The notes beneath the pieces were generated by a model. It had not been told where the DNA came from. It ran no database searches and was given only the letters and a program-made list of their open reading frames with translations. From Thermoproteota archaeon (GTDB lineage Archaea; Korarchaeota; Korarchaeia; Korarchaeales; Korarchaeaceae): DNA of 64,000 bases. Both the position numbers and the translations under genes were made by a program. Numbering within the stretch: position 1 is the first letter of the stretch; the number at the start of each line of letters is the position of its first letter. The stretch lies in assembly GCA_027492205.1 (NCBI GenBank), contig JAOZFN010000006.1, positions 71,369 to 135,368 on the forward strand, written 5' to 3'. Below, piece after piece: positions 16,718 through 26,243 of the stretch.

Positions 16718-19411
16718 CTAGCCCATGCTCACCGAGGGCATCACCACCGAAGTTCCGCCCCTCTTCTCGATCGTGTAGAGTGAGCTGGCGACCTCCTCAA
16801 ATTCTCCAGAGTGGGTGACAACGATCACCTGGGGCAGGTCCAGCTCTCCAATGGCTGACACGAGCTCCCTCCTCCTCTCTGAGTCGAGGTGAACCGTCGG
16901 CTCGTCGAGCAAGATGGACTCCAGCGAGGTCCCGGCCATGGCCTTAGCCAGCCCCAGCCTGAGGGAGAGGGCGAGAGCGACCTGTTCTCCACCGCTGAGC
17001 TGGCGGAAGGAAAACCTCTCACCCCCTCTGATTAGGGAGACCTCGTAGTCCTCCGACAGCTCCAGGCGGTCAAAGTCGACGCCGAACTTGGAGAGTATCT
17101 CGTTGGCGTAGTGCTCCAGCACGGGCCTCGCCGCCTCCCTGAGGGCCCTCTGTATGCCCTCTCTCCCGAAGGACCGCCTGACCTCTTCTAGCGCTCTGAC
17201 AAAACTCACCAGCTTATCCCTTTCCTTCTTCGCCTCACCGAGCGAGCTCTTCAGGCGTTTTACCTCCGCGAGCTGTCTCATGAGCTCTTCCCTCTTCCCC
17301 CTCAGGTTCTCCCTCTTGGCCACGAGTTCTTGGACCTCCTCCCTCAGGCGTGTGAGTTCTTCCAAGAGCTCAGAGTAGCGGTCCTCGTCGAAGCCAAGGG
17401 CTTCTATGCTGACGCTTATCTCGCTCAGCCTCCTCTCGATCTCATCCTCCCTCCTCTTCTCTTCGCTCAGCAGGGCGCTGAGCTTCCCCCTACTCTCAAT
17501 GCGCTCCTCAAGTTCCTTGAGCCTCCTTCTCGCCTCCTTCGCCTGCCTCAACGCCGAGTCAACGTCTCGGACCGCCGCCCCCAGCTTCGCGAGGAGTTCG
17601 TCCCTCCTCCCCCTGATCTCGTTAATCTCGTGCTTGAGGGTCTCGATCCTCGCAAGTCGGTCTTCCTCCCTGGGACTGAGTCTCTTAACCAGAGACTCGG
17701 CCGCTCCCAGCTCAACGAGCCTGTTCTGAAGCTCTGACAACCTCGCTTGGAGTTCTGCTCGACGCGCGGCCATTTCATCCCTCTTCCGAAGGTCGGCCTC
17801 GAGCGCACGCAGCTCCCCCTCGAACTCCTCTACCTTCTCAACCAGGGCCGCTCTCTCAGCTATCGCACTTTGAAGGTCTGCCTCCTCCGCGAGTCTCTCA
17901 AACTCCTCCAGGGCCTCCCTCAGTTCCGAGATGCGAGACAGCTCGGCCTCCGCGCTGCCGAACTCAGCTTTACCCCTCTCGAGTTCGGCCCTAAGCCTAC
18001 CCCTTACCCTGCTGACGCCCCCCGCGTCCAGCCGAGATCCGCAGAGGGGACACTCATCTGGGGCGCTGTCAAGCGCGCTCAGGAGTTCCTGCGGAAACTT
18101 CATCCACCCCTTGGCGTACTCGATCCTCTTCTCCAGTTCGGTGAGAGCCCTTCCCACGCGTCTTGCCTCGGAGAGGAGCCTCCCACCCTCGCGACAAAGC
18201 GAGTCGAGGTCTCCCAACCCCAGGTAGGGAGGCAGCCTCTTCAGCAGCCCTCGCAGCCTACCCTCAACCCTCTGCAGGCGCTCCCTAGCCTCTCTCAACT
18301 GGGCCCAGAGCCGCTCAGCTCTTTGGGCCTTTGCCTCCACCATCACTAGGCTCTTTGAGACGCTCTCAAGCTCAAGCGAGATCCTCTCATACTCCTTACG
18401 CAAGGCCCCCAGGCGCTCCACGTTCCTCCTCGCCTCATCCAGAGACCTCTGCTCGCGCTCTAGGCTGGAGAGCTCGGCCCTCAAGGCGTTTTCCGATCTG
18501 ATCAGCGAGTCGAGTTCCGTCAGAAGCGGCTCAAGCTCGGCGAGCGACTTTAATTCGTCAAGCCGAACTAGCTCCTGATCCAAACTTTCAAGCTGCGAGC
18601 TGATCTGGGAGATCTTCCTCCTACAATCCCTCAGGTCGAGTTCAGCTTGCTCTCTGGCCTGCGTGAGCTTCAGGTAGGCGTCCCTCAGCGCCCGCAGCTT
18701 CTTCTCCTCACGCTCGACCGACTTAAGCCTCGTCTCTAGGCTGCCCAGCCGGCCCTCGATCCCCTCAAGCTCAGCCTCCACGCTTGAGAGGTCCTCCCTC
18801 AACTGGTCCGTCGCCTTCAGCTGTCTCTCCAGGGTGGAGATCTCGCCCTCCAGCCGCTCGAGTCGCGACCTGAACCTGCCCAGCGCCTCCCCGAGGTCCC
18901 TCTCCATCCTGTCGAAGAGCTCCCCTCCCAGCAGGCGGTTTATCGTTTTCATCCGCTCGGCGGCCTTCTTTTCCAGGAAGCCGAAGATCTCCCCCTGCCT
19001 GACGTACATCGCCGTGACGAAGGCCTCTGGATTAGTTCCAAGTATCCTGGCCAGCTCCGCACTGACGTCCCTCTGCGAGGTCTGCAGCAGGCTCCACCCC
19101 GAGTCCCGCCTAATCATCAGACGCGCCTGTGGGCCTGAGCGATCCCTCTTCCGCCAGACCAGGTACCACCTGCCGCCCTGCTCGAACTCGAGCTCGACCT
19201 CCATGGAGCTGGAGCCTCTTCGAGTGAGGTCAGAGGTGACGCCCCTGAATAGCTCCGGAAACAGCGCGTAGGCGATCCCCTCCAGTAGGGAAGTCTTCCC
19301 GGCGCCGTTCTGACCGATTATTGCGTTGACCCCGAAGTCGAACACCACCTCGGTCTCCGCGTGAGACCTGAAGTTCCTGAGCCTGACTCGCCTTATCCTC
19401 AAGGCGCCCAC
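16718..19411 (-). CDS. rad50: DNA double-strand break repair ATPase Rad50
   Basis: Walker A GQNGAGKTS, Q-loop RQGEI, Zn hook CPLCG, signature LSGGEQ, LDEPT. Confidence 0.93.
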   Translation of the reverse strand: MGALRIRRVRLRNFRSHAETEVVFDFGVNAIIGQNGAGKTSLLEGIAYALFPELFRGVTSDLTRRGSSSMEVELEFEQGGRWYLVWRKRDRSGPQARLMIRRDSGWSLLQTSQRDVSAELARILGTNPEAFVTAMYVRQGEIFGFLEKKAAERMKTINRLLGGELFDRMERDLGEALGRFRSRLERLEGEISTLERQLKATDQLREDLSSVEAELEGIEGRLGSLETRLKSVEREEKKLRALRDAYLKLTQAREQAELDLRDCRRKISQISSQLESLDQELVRLDELKSLAELEPLLTELDSLIRSENALRAELSSLEREQRSLDEARRNVERLGALRKEYERISLELESVSKSLVMVEAKAQRAERLWAQLREARERLQRVEGRLRGLLKRLPPYLGLGDLDSLCREGGRLLSEARRVGRALTELEKRIEYAKGWMKFPQELLSALDSAPDECPLCGSRLDAGGVSRVRGRLRAELERGKAEFGSAEAELSRISELREALEEFERLAEEADLQSAIAERAALVEKVEEFEGELRALEADLRKRDEMAARRAELQARLSELQNRLVELGAAESLVKRLSPREEDRLARIETLKHEINEIRGRRDELLAKLGAAVRDVDSALRQAKEARRRLKELEERIESRGKLSALLSEEKRREDEIERRLSEISVSIEALGFDEDRYSELLEELTRLREEVQELVAKRENLRGKREELMRQLAEVKRLKSSLGEAKKERDKLVSFVRALEEVRRSFGREGIQRALREAARPVLEHYANEILSKFGVDFDRLELSEDYEVSLIRGGERFSFRQLSGGEQVALALSLRLGLAKAMAGTSLESILLDEPTVHLDSERRRELVSAIGELDLPQVIVVTHSGEFEEVASSLYTIEKRGGTSVVMPSVSMG

Positions 19412-20589
19412 CCCTCGTAGATCCTCTCGAGCTCTCTGATGAGCTCCCTGCTCCCCTTACCCTCTAGATACAGCCTGTAGATCTCTATGGCGAGCCTCCT
19501 CACATTCTCGGCAGGTATTATCTCCTCAAAGACCCTCTCAACGTCGATCTTGGGCTCTATCGAGACTTCAGCCCCCTCGAGCCTCTCGTCCAGGCGCCTG
19601 AGCCTCACGAACACCTTAAGGACTCTCTGGCCGAGGGAGTCTCTGAGGGCGTCCTGGAAGTCCTTCACGTCTCTGGGGTCCAACCTGGCGGAGGACAGGG
19701 ACACCCTGACCACCGGGGGCTTGGCCCAAGTCCCACCCGCGACCCTCGCCTCGATCTTGGAGGCCAGCTTCTCGAGCCCCCTCGCGCTGTCGACCCTCTC
19801 CCTGAAGACGAGAAACGGCCTTATCGAGCCGAGGTTCACCGGAGAAATGCTCGCCTCCTCGCCGTCGAGCTCGACGACGTAGAATCCCTTACCGTAGACC
19901 TCGAGCTTGTCGGCCTCCCGCTCCTCCACCACCTCCAGTGAGCCGGAGTAGGCTATCGGTCTCCTCTGCGACGTCCTTCTCGGAAAGTTCCTGTCGTGGA
20001 CGTGGCCCATGGCGTAGTAGCCGAAGGCCAGCCTGTCCAGTACCGTCCTGTCGATCTCCGCCTTCTGAGGCGGAACGATCGGCTTGACGGCCTGGTGGAG
20101 GATCAGCACCACCTGGGCCGAGCCCATCTGGACCCGCTTGGAGATGGCGTCCAGGGCCGACTTGAGCGCCTCCACCTCCTGCCGCGGGGTGTACGGGAGG
20201 CCGGCGACGAAAACGCCGTCGAGCCGCTCAACGGGGCGCGAGTAGCTCAGGTTCACCAGCCCACCCTCCAGCGCCTTCTCGAACAGGGGGAGGGGCGAGG
20301 ACCTGCCGCCCCCTGGCACCGGACCCAGGTCGTGGTTCCCCGCGACCGCGAAGACCCTCGCGCCGGAGTCCACGATCCTCTTCAGCCCCACGAAGGCGCT
20401 CACCAGCGTGGTCGGGGAGGGCCTGTAGGAGTCGAACAGGTCGCCCGAGAACACGACGAACTCAGGCCTGGCCTCGATCGTCCGATCCACCGTCTCGTTG
20501 AACGCCTCGAGGAAGTCCCTCTCCCTCTCCTCCAGACCGTACTGCCTCCTTCCCAGGTGGGCGTCGGCCAGGTGAACGAACCTCACCAA
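19399..20589 (-). CDS. mre11: DNA double-strand break repair nuclease Mre11
   Basis: DAHLG, GDLFD, GNHD, HQ, GHVH, YSGS motifs. Confidence 0.93.
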   Translation of the reverse strand: MVRFVHLADAHLGRRQYGLEERERDFLEAFNETVDRTIEARPEFVVFSGDLFDSYRPSPTTLVSAFVGLKRIVDSGARVFAVAGNHDLGPVPGGGRSSPLPLFEKALEGGLVNLSYSRPVERLDGVFVAGLPYTPRQEVEALKSALDAISKRVQMGSAQVVLILHQAVKPIVPPQKAEIDRTVLDRLAFGYYAMGHVHDRNFPRRTSQRRPIAYSGSLEVVEEREADKLEVYGKGFYVVELDGEEASISPVNLGSIRPFLVFRERVDSARGLEKLASKIEARVAGGTWAKPPVVRVSLSSARLDPRDVKDFQDALRDSLGQRVLKVFVRLRRLDERLEGAEVSIEPKIDVERVFEEIIPAENVRRLAIEIYRLYLEGKGSRELIRELERIYEGWAP

Positions 20590-20595
20590 GGGGGC

Positions 20596-22263
20596 TCACC
20601 TCACCAGGTCGGCGTACCCGCCGGGGGGGCTGCCGGGACCTCGACCCCCGGCCCTGGCCCACTCCTCGGTGGCCCTGAGGCTCTCCCCCCCTCTGACCCC
20701 GCCGAACAGGTCGACCTTGACGATCGCGGGGAGCCTCACCATGGGGCCGACTATTACCGCCTCACCCACGTTCAGGGACGGGAGGTACCCGATCAGGTCC
20801 TCGCTCAGGAATTCCGTGGCCCTGCGGACGTAGGCCTGGTCCTCGGGCTCGACGACCTTGAGGATTATCTTGTTGATCATCTGGGATAGCACGTCGGGGT
20901 CGAGCCTCTTTGGCCTCTGGCTCACCAGCGTGAGCCCTACACCGAACTTCCTGCCCTCCCTCGCCACGCGCGAGGCGGCGTGCCTCGTGTAGGTGTCCCT
21001 GTCTCCGGGGATGAGTATGTGCGCCTCCTCCAAGACCACCATGACCGGGAGGGGAGGCGCGTCCTCGGGCGGCCTCCCCCCGGCCCGTCGGGCGGCGATC
21101 GCCTGCTTGGCCCTGGATAGCAGCGTAGTGAGCGTGTGCCCCACCAGAACGTCGGCGGCGTCCTCCCCGAGGGGTCCCATGTCAACCACCACGGCTCGAC
21201 CGTTGTCCAGCAGCGACACGATCTCGGGGGCGGCGGCAGAGAGGAGCGCCCTCTTGGTCTCCTTCAGGTGGGTGAGCCTCGACAGCAGGCCGTAGAGGCT
21301 GTTCCTGGCGTCCCTGTCCACCGCGAAGCTCACCCCGGGCCCCAGCGGAACGGAGCCCGAGGCCTCGCCAGCTTCGACGGCGTCCTTCACGACCTCGGCG
21401 ATCGCTATCATCCCATCCAGTATATTCCCCGGCTCCGGATCGTCCACACCCGCCTCTCTGACCACGGAATCGAGCAGGTCCCTCCCTCGGAGCGACCACG
21501 CGGCCCTCCAGAGCCTCCTCAGGTAGATGTACTGCCTCGCCGCCTTCTCGAAGTTTATGCCGAGGAGGTAGGAGAACTCCGAGAGGCTCAGCGAGTTGAC
21601 GTTGATCTTCGGATCGACGGTGACCACGCTCCCCGAGGCGCCGGGGCTAAGCGTCATGCCGCTGTATTCGGAGTGCGGGTCGAAGAGGAGGACGACCCCG
21701 TTGAGCTCCAGGACCTTCTCCACGATCACGGCCACGGCGTTCGACTTCCCTGCTCCGGTCACCGCCAGCACGGCGAGGTGTCGAGAGATCATCTCGTTCG
21801 GGTCGAGCAGGACCCTCACGTCCCCGCGGGTGAGCAGGTGCCCGATGTCCACACCGGGCCCCCGCGGCGCGAAGACCCTCCTGAGGGCCTGGGCCGGGGC
21901 CCTGTAAACCCCGGCGCCGCTGGGTGGAGGCGTCCTGGGGAGGACCAGGCCGACGTCCCCGTCTCCGCGCTCCACAACTCGCCCTAAGAGCTTGACCCTC
22001 GCCCTGGACCAGTGGGAGGGCTCTCCAACGAGCTCTATGATCCTGTCGGCCTCGGAGGCGGACAGCAGGCTCTTCCCGGAGAGCTCCCTGCTCCCACGCT
22101 CCACGTGGGTTATCATCCCCAGGATCCACGAGCCGTCCCCGTGCACCACGGCCACGTAATCTCCGATCTCCGGCACGACACCCTCCTCTGCGACGAACTC
22201 CACCTGGGAGGGGGTGGTCACCTCCACGACCGTACCCAGCCTGTCGACCTCCCTCAGACCCAC
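20596..22263 (-). CDS. herA: Bipolar DNA helicase HerA
   Basis: HAS barrel N-terminus, RHLAVLAVTGAGKS, DPHSEY, LEEAH, REGRKFG, SQRP. Confidence 0.92.
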   Translation of the reverse strand: MGLREVDRLGTVVEVTTPSQVEFVAEEGVVPEIGDYVAVVHGDGSWILGMITHVERGSRELSGKSLLSASEADRIIELVGEPSHWSRARVKLLGRVVERGDGDVGLVLPRTPPPSGAGVYRAPAQALRRVFAPRGPGVDIGHLLTRGDVRVLLDPNEMISRHLAVLAVTGAGKSNAVAVIVEKVLELNGVVLLFDPHSEYSGMTLSPGASGSVVTVDPKINVNSLSLSEFSYLLGINFEKAARQYIYLRRLWRAAWSLRGRDLLDSVVREAGVDDPEPGNILDGMIAIAEVVKDAVEAGEASGSVPLGPGVSFAVDRDARNSLYGLLSRLTHLKETKRALLSAAAPEIVSLLDNGRAVVVDMGPLGEDAADVLVGHTLTTLLSRAKQAIAARRAGGRPPEDAPPLPVMVVLEEAHILIPGDRDTYTRHAASRVAREGRKFGVGLTLVSQRPKRLDPDVLSQMINKIILKVVEPEDQAYVRRATEFLSEDLIGYLPSLNVGEAVIVGPMVRLPAIVKVDLFGGVRGGESLRATEEWARAGGRGPGSPPGGYADLVR

Positions 22264-23444
22264 TCTCCCAACGCCTCCCTTCCGGTGAACTCCGGCACGA
22301 AGCCGATCGACCTGAGGCCTGCCTCCATGTCTGACCTCGTTATCTTCGCCAGCTCGTGGGCCCGCCTGAGGGGGTAGGGGTATCCCAGGACGGCTATGCC
22401 GGCCAGATTCCCGACAAGCTCGTCTACCTCGTCTTCCTCAAGGTCCCCAAGTATCTCCAACTTCACGGGCGCCGCCGACCGGGCCAGCCTGGCGTAGAGG
22501 GTGGTCAGCCGGACGGCGGCGCCCACCCCAGGGCCGACGATGGCCCTGGCCGCCCTGAGGATGTGCCTGCCGACCTCCACTTCCCTCACTCGGCAGGGGG
22601 TTCTTCCCGGCCCCCTCGTGTACCTCTGGACTATGACCAGGTCGGGCTTCGTGGACCTGAAGTGCGACCTCGCCGAGGACCTCTTCGCCACCGCCACGAC
22701 CCTCACGCCCGCCCTCTCGGCTGCCGCCACTAGGGCGAGCAGCGAGACCCCTTGCTCCAGCCGCTCCATGGCGGAGACCGCCAGCAGGGGCTTTCTCCCC
22801 TCGCCCTCCCCGTCACCCCCCACTATGTCTCTCGCCGCCTCCTCGAGAGTTGCCTGCGTCGCCGCCGTGGCCGTGATCACGGTGAGGGCAGACGCCAGCG
22901 GGAGGTTCCTCACGACCCTAAGGAAAGCCGAAACGATGAGTTCCCTCTCCTCCTCGCTGAGGCCCGCATATCCCCCGGGGCGGGCCCCTCTGAACACCGG
23001 CTCCGCAGCGAGGTTGGCCTCCAGGGACCCATCAAGCAGGACGTAGTCCACCTCACGCCCGATCGCGAGCACCGCGGCCATCTTCGCCTCCAGGGCCTCC
23101 CTGTATATCCGAACCCTATCCTCCGCCTTGAAGAAGTCAATCACACCGACCTGGAACACTCGACGCGGCTCGGGCCTCTCCCCGGCCCTGAAGGCGACGG
23201 AGGCGGAACTCACGGCGAAGAGGCTCTGGCCCAGGTTCACCTCCACGAGGTGGCTTCCGCCGTCTATCCCCGCTATGGAGCCCATCCTCTCCAGAGCGTC
23301 CCTCGGGCTCAGATCCGTCCTTACGGGAAGCCACGCGGCGGATAGCTCTTCGAACCTGGGGCCGACCCCCAGGGCCCTCTCGATGTCGCCCCTCGCGCTC
23401 AAGAAGGCCTCAACTATGTCCATGAAGCGGGCCTCTTCGGCCAT
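22254..23444 (-). CDS. nurA: 5'-3' nuclease NurA
   Basis: GIDGG, LLDGSL, VAKR, GYPYPL..AHE motifs. Adjacent to herA. Confidence 0.9.
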   Translation of the reverse strand: MAEEARFMDIVEAFLSARGDIERALGVGPRFEELSAAWLPVRTDLSPRDALERMGSIAGIDGGSHLVEVNLGQSLFAVSSASVAFRAGERPEPRRVFQVGVIDFFKAEDRVRIYREALEAKMAAVLAIGREVDYVLLDGSLEANLAAEPVFRGARPGGYAGLSEEERELIVSAFLRVVRNLPLASALTVITATAATQATLEEAARDIVGGDGEGEGRKPLLAVSAMERLEQGVSLLALVAAAERAGVRVVAVAKRSSARSHFRSTKPDLVIVQRYTRGPGRTPCRVREVEVGRHILRAARAIVGPGVGAAVRLTTLYARLARSAAPVKLEILGDLEEDEVDELVGNLAGIAVLGYPYPLRRAHELAKITRSDMEAGLRSIGFVPEFTGREALGEWV

Positions 23445-23508
23445 TCGGCATGACTCCCCTGACCTGCCTTTTAAGGTGAGGGAGTGGTCCGTCAGCTCGG
23501 TGCGGTGG

Positions 23509-24900
23509 ATGGCCAGGGAGCTCGCCGCCTTCTTCGAGCCGGAGTCGATAGCGGTGGTCGGGGCGTCTCGGAGTCCTGAGAAGCTCGGTCACGTGGTCCT
23601 GAGGCAGCTGCTCGAGGGCTTCAGGGGCCGGGTCTACCCGGTCAACCCCAAGGCGGAGGAGATACTCGGCGTCAGGTGCTATCCCAGCGTCGCCGACCTG
23701 CCTGAGCCCGTCGACCTGGCAGTGGTCGTGGTGCCGGCCCCGGTTACCCCGAGGGTCGTGGAAGACTGCGGGAGGAGGGGGGTCAAAGCCGCCATAGTGA
23801 TCTCGGGGGGATTCTCGGAGGTCGGGAACGAGGAGCTAGAGCGCGAGCTGAGGGAGGCGGCCAGGAGGAGCGGGGTCAGGCTGATCGGCCCGAACTGCAT
23901 GGGGATATACAGGCCCAGCGTCGGGCTCGACACCCTCTTCACCCCTTCCGACAGGCTTCCGAGGCCCGGCCCAGGGGACGTGGCGATACTCACCCAGAGC
24001 GGGAGCTTCGGCGGCGCAATCCTGACGTGGCTGGCCATGGAGGGGAGGGGGATAAGCGCCTTCGTGAGCTACGGCAACAGGGCTGACGTGGACGAGGCCG
24101 ACCTGCTCCGCTACTTCGCCGAGGATCCGGAGACTAGGGTGATAGCGATCTACGTCGAGGGCCTCAGGGACGGGAGGGGGTTCATGGAGGCGGCGCGGGA
24201 GGTGACCCCCTCGAAGCCCGTGGTGGTGTTCAAGGCGGGCAGGAGCCAGAGGGGGGCGAGTGCAGTCAGGAGTCACACGGGATCCCTGGCCGGATCCGAC
24301 GCGGCGTACGAGGCGGCTTTCAAGCAGTGCGGCGTCGTCAGGACTTACTCGACGGAGGAGTTCTTGGACGCCTCGCGGGCCCTGGCCAGGCTGCCCACGC
24401 CCAGGGGGCCAAGGGTCGGAATAATCACGAACGGGGGAGGATACGGGGTCATAGCCGTCGACGCGCTGGAGGAGCGCGGAATGGAGGTCCCTGAACTGGA
24501 CGAGGCCACCGCCGAGAGGCTCAGGGAGAGGCTCCCGCCCTTCTACCCCGTGGGAAACCCCCTAGACCTGACCGGAAGCTCGACGCCGGAGCAGTACCTC
24601 GCCGGTATGGTGGAGATGGCCAGGTCTGACGTGATCGACGCGCTGACAGTGATGGCGCTCTACTCGGTGCCGCTCATGGAGCCGAGGAGGACGACCGACT
24701 ACATCCTCCAAGTGCTGAGGGACTACGGCAAGCCCATAGTCGTCGTGTCGCTGGACGTCACGCCGGAGGTGGCCAGGGAGAACTCCAGGCTGGAGGCGGA
24801 GGGCGTGCCTGTGTTTCCGTCCCCCGAGAGAGCGGCCTCCGCGCTGGCCGCCCTCTGGAGGTACGCTAGGCTAACGCAGCCCCTGAGGCTCAGGCGGTAG
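23509..24900 (+). CDS. Acyl-CoA synthetase (ADP-forming) alpha subunit
   Basis: IAVVGAS, YPVNP, GPNCMG, QSG, phospho-His SHTGSLAG, NPLDLTG. Start ATG 23509. Confidence 0.9.
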   Translation: MARELAAFFEPESIAVVGASRSPEKLGHVVLRQLLEGFRGRVYPVNPKAEEILGVRCYPSVADLPEPVDLAVVVVPAPVTPRVVEDCGRRGVKAAIVISGGFSEVGNEELERELREAARRSGVRLIGPNCMGIYRPSVGLDTLFTPSDRLPRPGPGDVAILTQSGSFGGAILTWLAMEGRGISAFVSYGNRADVDEADLLRYFAEDPETRVIAIYVEGLRDGRGFMEAAREVTPSKPVVVFKAGRSQRGASAVRSHTGSLAGSDAAYEAAFKQCGVVRTYSTEEFLDASRALARLPTPRGPRVGIITNGGGYGVIAVDALEERGMEVPELDEATAERLRERLPPFYPVGNPLDLTGSSTPEQYLAGMVEMARSDVIDALTVMALYSVPLMEPRRTTDYILQVLRDYGKPIVVVSLDVTPEVARENSRLEAEGVPVFPSPERAASALAALWRYARLTQPLRLRR

Positions 24901-26242
24901 CGGCCGTAAACGCCACGTCCCTGACCGCGATCACCGGCGTCACGACGGGCGGCCCGAACTCCGCCCACCAGTGGGTCATCTGTCTGGTCTCCCTGCCGAC
25001 AGCGTACACGTTGGACAGCAGGCGGAGGACGTTCTCGCTGAGCCTGAGCCCCCTGACCTCCCCCTTTATCTCGCCGCCCTCGACGAGGAAGACCCCATCC
25101 CTTATCACAGCCGAGAAGTCCCCGGTCCTGTAGTTCTGGAACCTGAGGTAGGTGGCGTTCCTCACGACGACCCCCCTGCCCAGGTCTTCGAGGATCTCCC
25201 CCTCGGTCCTGTCTCCGGGTGACATTGTGAGGAACCAGGGTCTGGGGAACACCCAGCCCGCGTTCGCCGTGGATCTGACCCTGAAGTGGGCCGCCGTGAG
25301 CCTGTTGTGGAGCAGGGTCTTCAGGACCCCGCCCTCGATGATCACGTTCCTCCTCGTGGGCAGGCCCTCCAGGTCGAACGACCGTGAGGCGTACCCGCCG
25401 TCGATCAAGGGGTCGTCGACGATGGTCACCAGCTCGGTCCCTACCCTCTGGCCCAGCTTGTCGACGTAGGGGGTCATCTGCATCAGGGCCCGGAGGCCAG
25501 ACGCCATGGAGCCGAACACCCCCAAGAGGGTGGTCATGGCGCTCCACCAGAAGGCGGCGTTGTGCCTCCCGGCCGGGAGGTCGACCACCTTGCTGGCCAG
25601 GACGGCATCTCTACCCGCCTCTGACCCGGCCCTCCGCGGGTCGAGCCCGTCCAGTGACCTGGAGCAGGTGACCCCGTGTCCTGTGGCCTCATCGTCCACC
25701 AGGGCCCTGACCTCCATGTTGACCCTGCTGAAGCGCTCGCAGACCTCCGCCCCCCCGGAGGTGAGGAGGCACTCGTGGCCCGCGTAGGACCTGACCACTC
25801 CCGCCACCCTCTCGGCGCCCTCCGCCAGGGCTGAGTCGATCCCCTCCTTGGCCGCGTCCACCAGCTCCTCCTGAGCCTCCTCTAGGCGAGGGTCGTAGGT
25901 GCCCTGAATCACTGGGTAGTCGAACGGCCCCTCCGGAAGTGGGACATAGACGTCCCTAGCCGGCACCCTCTTCAGCCGCTCAAACGCCCGCTCGACGAAG
26001 CCCTCCAGGGACCTCTCCTCCGGTGGGGAGGTCGTGGAGACCACGGCCACCCTCCTGTCGAGGGCGATCTGCACCTCCACGAGCGTCTCGATCCAGGTCT
26101 TCACCACGTCGACCGAGCTGTTGGAGAACCTCACCTGCCTAGCCCCGTTCGACACCACGTGCACGGCCACATCGTCGGCTCCCCTGGCCTGAGCGAGCTG
26201 GAGGATTCGCTCGGCCAGCCCGATGCTCTCCTCGTGGAACAT
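24890..26242 (-). CDS. TldE/PmbA family protein
   Basis: DDP...SRSFDLEG, STANAG, TGDFS motifs. Downstream of TldD. Confidence 0.85.
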   Translation of the reverse strand: MFHEESIGLAERILQLAQARGADDVAVHVVSNGARQVRFSNSSVDVVKTWIETLVEVQIALDRRVAVVSTTSPPEERSLEGFVERAFERLKRVPARDVYVPLPEGPFDYPVIQGTYDPRLEEAQEELVDAAKEGIDSALAEGAERVAGVVRSYAGHECLLTSGGAEVCERFSRVNMEVRALVDDEATGHGVTCSRSLDGLDPRRAGSEAGRDAVLASKVVDLPAGRHNAAFWWSAMTTLLGVFGSMASGLRALMQMTPYVDKLGQRVGTELVTIVDDPLIDGGYASRSFDLEGLPTRRNVIIEGGVLKTLLHNRLTAAHFRVRSTANAGWVFPRPWFLTMSPGDRTEGEILEDLGRGVVVRNATYLRFQNYRTGDFSAVIRDGVFLVEGGEIKGEVRGLRLSENVLRLLSNVYAVGRETRQMTHWWAEFGPPVVTPVIAVRDVAFTAATA

Positions 26243-26243
26243 C

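Noticed and set aside
23128-23508. Apparent 127-aa extension of the acyl-CoA synthetase
   Set aside because: It is antisense to nurA. Homology starts at ATG 23509.
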